Below, piece after piece: positions 39,347 through 53,509 of a stretch of DNA of 64,000 bases. How positions within the stretch are numbered: position 1 is the stretch's first letter; each line of letters begins with the position of its first letter. The position numbers and the translations under genes are program-made. The notes under the pieces were generated by a model. It did not search any database, was not told the DNA's origin, and worked only from the letters and a program-made list of their open reading frames with translations. Source of the DNA: Octopus vulgaris (Eukaryota); the NCBI GenBank assembly GCA_951406725.2, contig OX597834.1, positions 33,418,001 through 33,482,000 on the forward strand. The letters are read 5' to 3'.

Positions 39347-42300
39347 TTCTCTTCATGCAACATTTCATACTTTTTTCCCCTCTTTTTCTACACACTGACT
39401 CAGACTGTGACAACCCATTCAGGCCATACCAGTATGAGGAAACAAGACGCTATATGATGATGATGATTAGCAAAAATATATACATGCTTGTGTACACAAA
39501 TGTGCATTCTCTTAAATACTTTTAAAGAGTGTATATTATGTGTTCTCTCTCATATACACACTCTTACCTGTACATCCTCACACATATACACTTGCATCCA
39601 AACAATTTCTCGTCACACGCGCACACACAATCTACCTGTGTTTCCTCAAGATATACACTTACATACAGCCAATCTCTCTTTCCCTCTCTCTCCCTCATAC
39701 ACACACACACACTCACACATACACACACACACACACACAGAGGCACACTAACACATACCCTCACCTGGACACCCTCATACATATACTTTCACATGCAGGT
39801 AATCTCCTTCACGTACACATTCCCTTACCTGTACACCCTCCCCACATACAGTCACACCCACGTATGCACTCACTAACCATCCCTCTTTCCCCCTCCAACT
39901 ACAAGGCTCTGAATACAATCAATACTCAGGGTGGGGTAGGGGTGAGTTGAGGGCAGCAGGGAGAACAGTTATTATATTATTAACTGTTTGTTTCCTCCCC
40001 TCTCCACCGCCATACTCCTGGCCCTGGGTGCCACTAATTGTTTGCTCTGTACGGTGGTAGTGGTGGTCAGGGTGGGGTGGGAGGACCTTAATGTAAATTT
40101 GAACTATTGATTAGATTGAGGTCCCTAAATACATAACTATTGATGACTGTGTATGTGTGTGTATACTTGTGCGTACATCAAGAAGTTTATCTTTCCCATC
40201 ATATACTGCTATAATCATGAACACTATCCATATGACCACCACCACCATCACAAGTTATTTCAAAAGAAAGGGTCTTTCCTAAACCTTAAACTTTCTGTCT
40301 CCCATACAGCAAATCAAACATTTAAAATGTCTTTGTCCTCCTATTGCTTGCTCTCATAAAGTAAGCTTAAAAACAGACATTCCAGCCTTGACCATCCCAA
40401 CTTTTTGTACCCCTCCCCTTATTCTAAAGAGAGAGAAAAAACATCATCACCATCATCGTCATTGTTTTAGCATCCACTTTTCCATGCCTGCATGAGTTGG
40501 ACGGAGTTTATTGAGGGAGACTTTCTATGTCTGTGGCCAGAGAACTCTCACCAATTGCCAACCTTCACCTGTTTCCAAGCAAGATATTTCCTTCCCTGTG
40601 GCTGGAATATATTTTCACAAATATCATAAACAAAATAACACTGTTACTATATTGGTGACCCTTGTTTACAACTGATATACACACACAGATACATATATAT
40701 ATGATGGGCTTCTTTCAGTTTCCATCCACCAAATCCACATGCAAGACTTTCATTAACCCTTTAGTATTCAGATTAATTTAACAAATGTAATGTTTATTTA
40801 TCAACATTTTAAAAGAATTAATCATGAAGTTTCTTGGAGCTTCAACATTTTGAAGATGTGATTATTTATTTTTAGAATGAGATTTTAGGGTAGGTGTAAG
40901 AGGTTGGATCTGACCAGTTTCAACATAAAACAGGTTAAAACATTTGGGCCAGATACGGTTTGTTTAAATGCTAAAGGATTAACCTAAAGCTATTGAAAAA
41001 ACTCTTGCCCAAGGTACCACGCTGTGGGACTGAACCCAGAACCATGTGATTGACTGAGAAACCAACTTCTTAATCACACAATCACTCCTGTGTCTAGTAA
41101 AATGTAACACTTTGAGGGGGATCTTCATTGTTATTTCTTACCCAGGTCAAATGACTGCATAAAAGTACCTCCACCCCAACCATCCACCTTTCCATTGCTC
41201 AGTCACCTCTTCCTAACAGTTAAGATTACATGTCAATTCCCTAAAGTTGGGTGGATTGTTTGTTTAACTCAATTTATTATATTATCATGACTCCTGAAAC
41301 ATGAGTTTTTCTAATCCCTGCTGCTGTCCCCAACCTCCAATCCCCACCCCACCACCTCTGACTCAGGACTAAAACCAAAAGCAGCCTTTCATTTAGAAAA
41401 TAAAATAGAAGTGGAGAAGAAACATTGTAGATAATAGAGGCTTTGTTGTTGTTGTTGTTGTTGTTGTTGTTCTAAAGTTGACAATCTGTTGTGGTGGGAA
41501 TGAAGTTTTATACAAACTTGATTCTGCAGGGCTTTTGTTAAATGTCTGCTTCTTCTTTGTCTGCCTTCCTAGCTTCATAATAATAATAATAATAATCCTT
41601 TCTGCTATCAGCACAAGGCCTGAAATTTGTGGGGAGGGGACTAGTGGGTTACATTTCGCTGGTGCTTAACCTATTGACCCTGAAAGGATGAAAGGCAAAG
41701 TCAACCTCCACAGAATTTGAACTCAGAACATAGTGGCAGGTGAAATGCTGCTAAGCTAACGATTCTGCCAGCTTGCCACCTTAATAATAATAATAATAAT
41801 GATAATGGTTTCAAATTTTGGTACTGGGTCAGTAGTTTTTGAGAGGAATGGGAAGTTGGTTACATCAACTCCAGTACTTGGACAGTATTTATTTTATTGA
41901 CCTTGAAAGGGTGAAAGGTTAAGTTGACTGTGGTGGAATTTGAACTCAGAATGTAAAGAGTTTATAATTTATTTTTCTGCTGTTTCACATTCATTACACA
42001 CAGACACAGACACTTGAGGTGGTGCTGAAAAGTTCCTGGTTTTGGGTAAAAGAAAAATACAAGAGGATCAGATAATTGTGATTTTATTCAACATATTCCC
42101 CTCTCAGATTCACACACTTATTGCAGCGGTCCTTCAGTTTTTCAAAGCCCTGTAAAAGAACTCTGAAAGTTGGGCCTTCAGTCAGGCCTTTCACAATACC
42201 CTTAAAGCTAGGAACTTTCCAGCACTCCCACATCTGTGTGTGTGTAAAGTAGAAGCAGCACTAGTGTTAAAAACATTATCAACCACGCATACTAAGGGGA

Positions 42301-42537
42301 TGATAGGAAAAGCTCTATCAAAGCACCAGGTGTCATGGACGGGTGAGACAACCCACCTCTAATCCAATCCAGGAGTGATGGACATCGATGATTTGCCATT
42401 TTTGTGGCTTATCAACATCACATACACAAACAAGATTGGAGATGATTTATATCGCCAGTCTATGACTCCTGTACTGGTATGCCCCAGCATGGCCACAGTC
42501 TAATGACTGAAACTTAGTAAATATTTATATATATTTG

Positions 42538-42950
42538 AAGTGGCTGTGTGGTAAGAAGTTTGCTTCCCAACCACATGGTTCTGGGTTCAGTCCCACTGCA
42601 TAGCACCTTGGGCAGGTATCTCCTACTATAGTCTCAAGCCGACCAAAGCCTTGCGAGTGGATTTAGCAGACGGAAACTGAAAGAAGCCTGTCGTATATAC
42701 ATATATGTATATAGTATATTTGTGTGTATTTTTGTGTCTGTGTTTGTCCCCCAACCACCGCTTGACAAACCGATGTTGGTTTGTTTATGTCCCCCGTAAC
42801 TTAGCGGTTCGGCAAAAAAGAAAAACCGATAGAACAAGTACTAGGCTTACAAAGAATAAGTCCTGTTGTCGATTTCTGCGACTAAATACCCCCCACTCCC
42901 CTTTAAGGCGGTGCTCCAGCATGGCCGCAGTCAAATGACTGAAGCAAGTA
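42538..42950 (+). mobile_element. SINE family A
   Basis: A/B boxes, CORE-like segment and 3' tail as in 6038-6450. Confidence 0.85.
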
Positions 42951-43479
42951 ACAGAATAACGGATGAACAGAATAACACTCGGTAACAAGACCCGTACGTA
43001 CTCTACGGGGTACATCGTAATAAGTCTTCGGGTGGTATTTTTTTTCCAGCGAATAATATTTATTCATATATATATGAATTATAAATTATCTAGGACTGTA
43101 AACAAAAGTCTTATAACAACAGCGAAAGATTAGACGGAATAGAGTCAACTTTTGATACACGATATAAAGAAAACATACTTTCACATAACATACAAGCTTG
43201 TGTGTGTGTGTGTGTGTGTGTGTGTCTCTGTCTCTCTCTCTCTCTCTCTCTCTCGCCTAATATAAAATGAAAGAAAATAGTCATACGCGCACATTGTGTA
43301 AGAGAGAGAGAGATAGCGAGGGAACTTGCGGTTGTCTAGACAGAATAAATCGTTGGTTGTTTCTATTTGGTTCTGTCGGTATGTCTATTCGAATTCCATA
43401 AGTCTTTCCTTTTTTTTTTTTTTTTTTTTTCTTTGACACCACCACCACCGTCGCCTTCGTCGCCACGACTGCCACAATA

Positions 43480-43655
43480 ACATCATCATCATCACCACCA
43501 CAATAACCACCACCACCACCGCTATTCTACTTCTATTGCTATTGTTTTCACCTCCAACCATCAGAATCGGTACCTTGTGCTGACAACGTCACTCTATGAA
43601 CAGCATCAAAATTACTATCAACACTTCCACCATCATAGTAACCACCACCACCACC

Positions 43656-43707
<52 letters not shown>

Positions 43708-44170
43708 TCACAACATCATGATAACACCACTGCACTCACCACCATTAACAGTATCGGCATCCACACCACCGTTAAACCTACTACCACCATCATCACTAAC
43801 AACACCACCACCACCACAACAACAACAACAATAACCGCTACCTTCACTACTAACACCACCACCACCTCTGCCACTAATTCCACCAACACCACCGGTTCCA
43901 CTGACCACCACCGTCACCCTGTCGCTATTACCTCCAACTTCGCAATAACCACTACAATCACGATTCATGAACAAGAATACCACCCACCACTATTACTACT
44001 ATTACTACTACTACCACTACTACAGCAATCACCATCAAATCTCTCTCCCCTCCTTTTCCGTCACCCTCAATTCCTTTACTAACTCTTCCCCACTCAACTG
44101 CTTTATTTCCTTACAACCGCTACTTCCACCACCACCACCACCACCACTCCAGCCAACCCCTCTCCACCTT
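43480..44170. repeat. (CAC/TAC/CAA)n trinucleotide low-complexity region
   Basis: Seen directly. Complementary (GTA/GTG/GTT)n region at 61090-61465. Confidence 0.8.
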
Positions 44171-44949
44171 CTCACCTCAATGTCGACCCACTGTTGTCCC
44201 CTATCCCAATTTTCAAATCCCTTCTCAATCCTCTCCTATGCAGCCCTCCCCTCCCTTTTGTACATATTAAAAACCTTGCTGGTTTCATTTGGAGACTGAA
44301 TAGGAAGAGTGGAGGGAGGAGGAAGTGCTTCTTACCTTTCTTTCTTCCTTTCATTATCTTCCCCTCTCACTTGTTTTCACTTTCTTCTAATCCCTTGCTC
44401 CTTCTACCACTTCCTTTACCCCCCCCCCATCACCAGACAAAAACTACATAGATATATACATACATGTAACATACTTCTAAACGCACACACACACAGCACC
44501 CCATACAAGTGTATACAATTCGTCATAGACGCACGACCGGTAAAATAACGAGACTTTAAAAAAAAAGAAAAAAAAAGGAAGGTCCTGGGGTCGATTTTGT
44601 TCGACTAAGACAGGTTCTGAACTGGAGTCCATCTGGCCCCTGAAAGTCCATATAAGACTTTTGGGGGGTCCACGCGACAATATAGTAAACTGGGGATCCA
44701 CAATACCATTCTAAGGACCCCTGACAAAATTTTGCTTGAGATTTATGTATTGGTGATGTATTGCAAGAAACAACCAGGTTTCTTTCTTTTACATTTTACA
44801 CAGTTCAACCTACACGAGTTAATCTAAGAAATACAACACAGGAGTTTTGAAAGAAGTTTCTATAAAACAAGTTTTTAAACATTGAATAACTATAGGGGTC
44901 CACCCAGAATAAAATAGTAATCAAAGGGGTCCATAGATAAAGAAAAAAA

Positions 44950-44997
<48 letters not shown>

Positions 44998-45062
44998 CAT
45001 AATTATAGAATATTTGTAAAATTCACCTATGAGTTTTTTATTTCCGCACTGACCACCCTTTA

Positions 45063-45137
<75 letters not shown>

Positions 45138-46044
45138 TTTTAAAATTTCATTTTATTTGTATTTTTGGCCTTAAAGATCATAATTTCTGTATATTCAATG
45201 CCTGAATAAGAAAGAAAAGATGAGAGGCAATACTCGTTACCATCACCATAGACATTCATACGTTACGGGGTCAATCACTACAAATATGTCAGTGGCAGAC
45301 TCAACAACACAGTTGTCTCAGGTTCCTAAGTCTACGTAGCTGTAAAACTGGTTAACACCAGTGCCGTCTTTAATGGTACAGGCACTTGGGTAGTTGCCCG
45401 AGGGTGGGAGGAACTCACGGGTGTAGGGGCCCAGTTCTTTATCTATGTGCGCTGTGGTTGCTATCAATATATACGATAGGCTCCAATACATTGATTTACC
45501 TGGGATCTATAATGCTGTTAACACGGATGAAAAGTTAGCCCCGTCCCTTGCTCCCTCTATGATAAACTTTCTTCTTCATACTCGGGGCACCTATACCCAG
45601 GTGGACAGATATGTATAGCCCCACCCACTCTGTCAAACGGTGTTAGTTAGTCATCATGTTTATGGGGTAGAGAAAGGTTTATTTCACATTTCGATATTTG
45701 ATTTTAAAGTTTAGATTGTTTGATGCGTCGTTTGAAAGTTTTATAACGAAAATATACAAATGTTTTATCAACACATGTAGTGTGTGTGTATGGAGGAGGA
45801 TACACACACGCACACTTAATCATACATACAGCACCGGTTCCGCCTCTTCACTACCAAGCCAAGAGAGGTAGTTAGAATGAAAAAGAGGAAGATAGATAGA
45901 TAGTAGATAGATATGTGCCTGTGTATATATAGAGAGATGGACAGGTAGAGTGGAAATATATATACTACGATATATAGATAGATAGGAAGAGAGACAGAAA
46001 GACTACGGTAGCTATATAGAGAGAACGAAAGAGAAAGCTCTACG

Positions 46045-46089
46045 TAGATAGACAGACAGACAGATAGATAAATAGATAGATAGATAGAC

Positions 46090-46120
<31 letters not shown>

Positions 46121-46388
46121 TAGACAGCTAGATAGATAGACAGACAGACAGATAGATAGACAGAGAGACAGACTGATAGATGGATAGATAGATAGATAGA
46201 CAGATAGATAGATAGAGAGACAGACAGATAGATAGATGGATAGATAGATAGATAGATAGACAGAGAGACGGATAGATAGATAGACAGACGGACAAATAGA
46301 CGGATAGATAGACAGATTGATAGATAGACAGATAGATAGATAGACAGACGGACAAATAGACGGATAGATAGACAGATTGATAGATAGA
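46045..46388. repeat. (GATA/GACA)n satellite
   Basis: Seen directly. Second array at 48150-48453. Confidence 0.92.
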
Positions 46389-47200
46389 AAGGGGGTGAAT
46401 ATAGAGAGAATGAATGTTAAGCTGGTTTACAAAGTCTTGCAAAGTTTTAACATTCTGTCACCGGGCGAAACCTTTAACGTTTTGCACCTGTCCGTATCAC
46501 CACACCCCTCCTTTCACATACCAACAGCTACCCCCACCCCCACCCCATACACACACAACTTGCCTTAGTATTCAAATAGTAGCAATAACAGTAGTAGTAG
46601 TATTAATGGTGGCGGCTGCGGCGGTGGTGGTGGTAACGGTGATGGTAACAGTGGTTATTGTGAAATGGGATGACAATAAGGGTGAAATATTGTGGTCGGG
46701 GGTGGGAGTAGGGAGTTACTAAGTGATTAAGGTGATAGTGATAGTAATGGTGGTGGTGGCGGCGGCGGCGGCGTGGGTGATGCTTTTGTTAAAAACGCAC
46801 CTGCTCTTGTCTGCATTTTGATTGGCTACCGGCACGACCTCTCTCTTTCCCTATCACTTTCATGATTCTCCCCCTCCTTTTCTCTTTATTCCTTTCTTCT
46901 ATAATATATCATATGTGGAGGTATGTGTACACACACACACACACACACACACACACGCGCGTATTGTCTTTCGTTTGTTTTGGCATTGGACTGTGTGGCC
47001 ACGCTGGAAAACCTACCTTAATGGCTTTTAATCGAACAAATTGACCACAGTACTTGGTCCTTTTTTCTTTTTTTTTTAAAGCCTAATACTTACTTTATCC
47101 GCCTCTATCGCCAAGCCACTAAGTCACGGGGACGTAAACAAACCAACACCAGCTGTCAAGCGTTGGTGGGGACAAACACAAAGACACAAACATATAAACG

Positions 47201-47258
<58 letters not shown>

Positions 47259-47262
47259 CATT

Positions 47263-47423
47263 GGCACAGGCATGGCTGTGTGGTAAGAAGCTTGCTTCCC
47301 AACCACGTTTCCGGGTTCAGCCCTACTGCGTGATACCTTGGGCAAGTGTCTTCCACTATAGCCCCAGGCTGACCAAAGCCTTGTGAGTAGATTTGGTAGA
47401 CGGAAACTGATAGAAGCGTGTCG

Positions 47424-47456
<33 letters not shown>

Positions 47457-47671
47457 ATATATATGTGTGTGCGTGCGTGTTTTTGTCTGTCCCTCCACCA
47501 TTGCTTGACAACTGATGTTGGTGTGTTTACGTCTCCATAACTTAGCAGTTCAGCAAATGAGGCCGATAAAATAAATACTAGGCTTGCAACGAATAAGTCC
47601 TGGAGTCGATTTGCTCGACTAAAAACAGTGCTACAGCATGGCCACAGTGAAATGTCTGAAAACAAGTAAAA

Positions 47672-47673
<2 letters not shown>
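47263..47673 (+). mobile_element. SINE family A, preceded by an inverted 3'-half copy at about 46975-47200
   Basis: Full family A structure. Confidence 0.83.
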
Positions 47674-47715
<42 letters not shown>

Positions 47716-49163
47716 ATAATCATTTAACATCTGTTTCCGATGATGGCATGGGCTGGACAGTTTGATAGGAGCTGGTAAAGCCAGAGACCATACCAGGTTC
47801 TGTTGTCTGTTCTGACATGGTTTCTACAGCTAGATGCCCTTCCTAACACCAACCACTTTATAGAGTATAATGGGTGCTTTTTACATGGCATCAGCAACAG
47901 TGCTTTTTATGTGGAACCATCATCAGTGCTTTATATCTGACACCAGCATCGGTGTCAATTCTGCTGTAAAGCTATGCCAACAAAAGTACTGTCATTATGT
48001 GTTGTGAGTTCAAGAGCTCAATATAATAAACTTTTGTTTTCCATCCATCTGGAATCAAGAAAATAGTACTAATTCTCCCATCACTGCTTTGGCATGTAAA
48101 ATAAAGTCTGTGTGCTTCAGTGATGAAGCACATTTTCTTCATGCCTGAAATAGACAGACATATAGATAGACAAATAGACAGACAGATAGATAGACAGATA
48201 GATGGATAGACGGATAGATGGATAGACGGATAGATAGACAGATAGATGGATAGGTAGATAGATAGATAGATAGATAGACAGATGGATGGATGGATGGATA
48301 GATAGATAGACGGATAGATAGATAGACGGATGGATAGATAGATAGATGGATAGATAGACGGATAGATAGATAGACGGATGGATGGATAGATAGATAGACA
48401 GATGGATGGATAGATAGATAGATGGATAGATAGATAGATAGACAGACAGATAGAAAGGGGGTGAATATAGAGAGAATGAATGTTAAGCTGGTTTACAAAG
48501 TCTTGCAAAGTTTTAACATTCTGTCAATTTCTTCATGCCTGAAGATCACAAGAAAGAGTGGCATACTGTCAAATGGCCATGTAAGCTGGCCCTTGACACT
48601 GTAGGGGTTTTTCTTCCTGCCTGTAGTTAGTAGAGGCTGTCCACACAATCCACCCTTACAGTTTAGATATGGAGGTTTGACCATAGTGGCTCAGCAGGTT
48701 AAGTATGGTGAGGTGAGCAGCAAGCTATAGGTTTTAACTGTAGCTGGGACCCTGGTAGGTTCTACTACTCCAGGATTGAGTAGAACTGGGAATAATTGTG
48801 GTTGGACTGTGATAATATATTCCCCCCAAACCATGGATCTCTGAAACCAGGGCCCCCACTTCTGCATGTAGTTTAAAGTCATACCCAAGACAGTCTTGCT
48901 GATAAGATAGTAATAAGTCTGAAACGTTTTTAGAATTGCCTCCCATGTTTACTGAAATAATTTATATATTATCCAATATAAATTATATGATTTTGTATCA
49001 CCATGTCATTGTATCTCTCCTCACTTAAACATGGACTTTCTGTTAGAACACACTGTTCTGCAGCAGATGCTATGAGAGAAACTCTTTTATTGGCTTTTGG
49101 TGCAAAATGTATGCATGTTTATATTGCTAGGGAGGTAGATAAATCTCTGCCATCTCCAGGGCT

Positions 49164-49220
49164 GAGATCACCAGATCATGTGATTTCGACCTTCCTTGAT
49201 CTCATCAGTGATGGACACTC
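49164..49220 (-). ncRNA. Minimal type I hammerhead ribozyme (Penelope-like-element type)
   Basis: Minus strand reads GAGUGUCCAUCA-CUGAUGA-GAUC-AAGGAA-GGUC-GAAA-UCA-CA-UGA-UC|UGGUGAUCUC. Both core boxes are intact, with a 4-bp helix II, short helix III, AUC cleavage triplet and helix I CAUCA/UGGUG. Confidence 0.75.
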
Positions 49221-49812
49221 AACTGCTAGAGATAGCAGCAATTCTTCTCTTTGTCAGTGATGTATAGAAAAACAATGCCAGAACAGGCACTGGTGTTGCA
49301 ATTAGCCAGTGAGCTTGTTAAAAACATATATAATAGTTTAGTATTTTATGCTTGCTGTGCTAAATATGCTGACATCAATTTAACTTGCTGGCTCTTTGTT
49401 CCTCTCTCTTTCTTTCTTTTTATCTTTCCATAGTTTTTAGTGCTTGGTTTATTAAATAATATAATGCTAAATTAGCTGTCTACCTCCATCTGTCTGTCTC
49501 TTACTTTCTCTCTTACACATAATTATTTCGAGTTTTTAATGTTTGCTATATTAAATAAACTAGCATTAACTTAACTGTCTACCTCCATCTGTCTGCTTCT
49601 TTCTGTCTGTCTGTCTGTCTCTCGCTCTCTCTGTCTCCACAGAATTACTTCTAATTGGCTCTTTGATGTTCCATTCATTTAATATATCAACACTAACTTA
49701 CCTGTCTGTCTTGCACCCACCTGACTTGATTGCTTCTCCTTGTCTCATCACCTGTATTTTATCTGAAACTTGGGGTCTCACTGTTCTGAGCCCCTTCCTT
49801 CATACTCTAACC

Positions 49813-50125
49813 CAGTGGTTCTCAACCAGCGTCCATATAATTCCTAGGGGTCTGTACAGGAATTTTTGGGGGTCCATGCAAGCAAAGCAGTAAACTGGGG
49901 ATCCACTGTAGTATTTTTTTATTTTTTCATATTCTTTTATTTGTTTGTCATTTGACTGTAGCCATGCTGGAGCACCACATCGAAGGGTTTTAGTTGAATA
50001 GATCAACCCCAGGACTTATTTCTTAAAGCTTAGTACTTATTCTGTTGGTCTCTTTTGCCAAACTGCTAAGTTACGGGGACGTAAACACACCAACACCAGT
50101 GTCAAATGGTGGTGGTGGTGGGGAG

Positions 50126-50158
<33 letters not shown>

Positions 50159-50608
50159 TATGATGGGCTTCTTTCACTTTCTATCTACTAAATCCACTCA
50201 CAAGGCTTTGGTTGGCCTGAAGCTGTAGTAAAAGACACTTACCTAAGATGCCATGCAGTGGGACTGAACCCAGAACCATGTGGTTGGGAAGTAAGCTTCT
50301 TACCATACACCCATGCACCTGAGCTTATATTGAAAAAAAGTGTTTACGAATAAACTTTTGTTTTTAATTGTATTTTTTGCAGGAAACAACTAAGTTTCTT
50401 TCTCGAATGTTTTACACAAACATGTTTTGAGGCATTGAGACATGTTCGTTCAGAGAGGGTAACTTCAAACCTACACAAGTGATTGGATGGAAAACAAAAT
50501 GGGAATTTTTAAAGAAGCGCCTAGAAAACTAATTTTTAAATACCAAATCATAATGGGGTCCACCAGAATAAAATAGTAATCAAAGTGGTCCATAGATAAA
50601 ACCCCCTG
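49813..50608. mobile_element. hAT (Charlie-like) non-autonomous element with nested SINE A (about 49930-50320, -)
   Basis: Starts CAGTGGTTCTCAACC, ends ACCCCCTG. 8-bp TSD CTCTAACC / CTCTACCC. Related copy at about 44610-44945. Confidence 0.72.
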
Positions 50609-51291
50609 CTCTACCCCTTTACCTCCCAGGATCAAGCTGCTTTTTCTCTATACTGCAGCACCACTCATGTGAAGGGATCTTACTTTTGTGAACTGCATGG
50701 TGACTTCATTAGTGCAATGTTGTTACCATGGGGGTGGGGGAAGGGCTTAGGACGGACGCCCTATAAAGTGGTTGGTATTAGGAAGGGCATCCAAACTGTA
50801 GAAGCCTTGTCAAAGCAGCCGATTGAGCACAATGCGTCCCTCTGACTCATCAGACCTGCCAAACCTGACAGATCCTGTCAACCCATGCAACTCATGCATG
50901 ATGATAATAATAGTGATGAGATGTGATGATGGAGAAGTTGGTGAGATGAGATGATGGTAGTGGTGGTGGGGTGGAGGTGGTGGTGGGTAAAGAGGCCAGG
51001 AAAGGTTGTTTATGGAAGACCAGCAGTTGCCCATGCATACTAGCCTCCCCTCTCCATGCCACTGATATCATCCTAGGGAAAGGCAAAGGGGCCGATACAG
51101 CTTGGCACCAGTGACGTCGCAACTCATTTCTACAGCTGAGTGAACTGGAGCAACGTGAAATAAAGTGTCTTGCTCAAGAATGTAACACGCAACCCTGTCC
51201 GGGAATCAAACTCACTACCTCATAGTTGTAAGCCTGACGTTCTAACCACTGAGCCTTCACCTCCACCACCACTACTACTACTACTACTACT

Positions 51292-51508
51292 ATTCTTTTC
51301 TATTCTAGGCACAAAACCCGAAATTTTGCGGGAGGGGGAGCCAGTTGATAAGATCGACACCAGTACGCAACTGATACCTAATTTATTGACCCTGAAAGGA
51401 TGAAAGGGAAAGTCGACCTTGTAAGAATTTGAACTCAAAACGTAAAGGCAGACGAAATACAGCTACGCATTTCGCCTGGTGTGCTAACGTTTCTGCCAGC
51501 CCGCCGCC
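51292..51508 (-). mobile_element. SINE family B
   Basis: Ends CTGCCAGCCCGCCGCC, the reverse complement of the family head. Confidence 0.83.
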
Positions 51509-51890
51509 TTAAATACTGTAGCCTAGCCTAGCAGTGGTCACACCATTAAATATTGTAGCCTAGCTTAACAGTGGGTCTGCTCTTGGGCAGATCTTGTGCA
51601 TGTGAACCTTCTCCAGCACCCCCAATACGACCTGGGAGGGCCCATACCCACGCCTGCCGTCGTTAAGTAGCTTACTGGAATTTTAGCTACTCTAACCAGA
51701 CTTTTCTGCCAGTCTCCCACATGCAGGGCAGCATGAAATGAAATGTTTTGCTCAAAAACGCAACATGTCACCCAGTCCAGGAATTGAACACACAATCTAT
51801 CGATCGTGAATGAAGTACCCTAACCATGTACCTTCACCTATACTGTTGTTCCATTACTGATATGTTTTTTACTTTTTGTTTATTCTAAAG

Positions 51891-52030
51891 GTGTAGCACA
51901 GACTACCGGGGTGAGTACTGTCAGCATTTGAACCCATGTCGGCCCAGTGCTGAGCATTGTATGAACAATGGGACATGCGAGATTTTCCAGAATGTGCGTG
52001 AGGTGAAACCACGATGCACCTGCCAACTCG
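51891..52030 (+). CDS. Notch: Notch exon: end of EGF1 and most of EGF2
   Basis: Acceptor tttattctaaag|G and donor G|gtgagt. 140 nt. Reads (Q)CSTDYRGEYCQHLNPCRPSAEHCMNNGTCEIFQNVREVKPRCTCQL(G), resembling the EGF1/2 junction of fly Notch as recalled (YVGDYCEHRNPC). Confidence 0.92.
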
Positions 52031-52230
52031 GTGAGTAGAGACTCTCGTCATGCACTTATTTTCTTCCATATTTTTATATGTACACCCACAAATGCAATTA
52101 CACACAAGCACACACGCATTTACAATTACATACAATTTTACTAAAAAAAAACAACAAACACACACACATGCACGCGCGCGGTTACATACACACGCTCGCG
52201 CGCATTGTTGCATACGCGCGTGTGCACGGT

Positions 52231-52266
<36 letters not shown>

Positions 52267-53509
52267 CTCAGCGCGCAGACATCCACAACCAGGCATGCGT
52301 TCACGCATACGCAAATACAGACACACATTCCATCGACGTGTGTCCCAATGGCATGACTATGAACAATAAAGGCGAATGGAAGTATATTTAATACCATAAA
52401 AGAGAAATTCTTGATTTATTTGAAACAGTTTTCGTGTTGATCGAAGGTAAACAAAACGCCAACTGGCAATCTCTCGCCGGGGTCGACATTGCCTTTCACC
52501 CCTTCGAAGTTGATAAAGTGAGTCCCAGTTGAGTGTTGGAGTCGGTGGAATCGCCTTCCTGAAATTGCTGGCCTTGTGTCAAAATTTGAAACCAATATTA
52601 AATGATGAAGGGAAATAATCTTACGGATCAAAGATTCTCTGAAATTAAAAAAAGTCTTTTTTTCCTGGAGAGAAGCGGACAACTACACAGGCAGGGCTCA
52701 TACACGTGCACATACACACACAAAAAAACAGTACAGATTTTTGGAGTTCAAATGAGAGAAAAAGTGCGCAAATTGCTAATTCATTTAAATGTGGCCACAG
52801 CGCGACAACATTGTCTCTCTGAAAAGTAAAAATATCAACGTTGTTAGTAACCAATGCAAGGGCGATAACTCCAAATTATGAAGTGAAAAAATTAATATTT
52901 GTTTCTGCTCTGTACACTTCAAGACGTGGTAAATTTTTCTTTATAATAATTTGTTCCTTTCTTTTCGACACACATTCAGAAACAAACAAAAAAAAAGTGA
53001 ACAGAAGATTAAATAAACGTTAAAAAAAAAAACTATAAGTATTGGGGGCCGATTTGTTCAGCTAAAAACTTTTCTAGATAGTGTCCCATCTTGACCGAGG
53101 TCTAATGACCGAATCAAAAGTGAAAGTTAAAAAAGATAATAGATTTGAAAGGTGACCGTTTATGTATGTATGCTTCAAATAAACGTAACGAAAGATTATG
53201 TCAAGTCGAAATCCTATTTATCATGTACAGAAAGAAGGAATGGCTTAATGTTTTCTATGTTCAACTTCTATCCTATTTGCGTTACGGTTCAGCAGGTTTT
53301 CAAACTACGATTGTTCTTCACTGATACAAATAATTTTAAGATTAATAGTATGGGAGATTTACAAATATATGTCGTGGATACAGTGCAAGAGAGATAACTC
53401 TGTTAAAGACAGATAACCCAGTGTAATTTTTTTTTTTGTCTTTTACCAGTAAGTGTTATTTCTTACTTGGTTCTATCTAGAAATCAAAGGAAATTCTTTC
53501 TTTTCTTTT

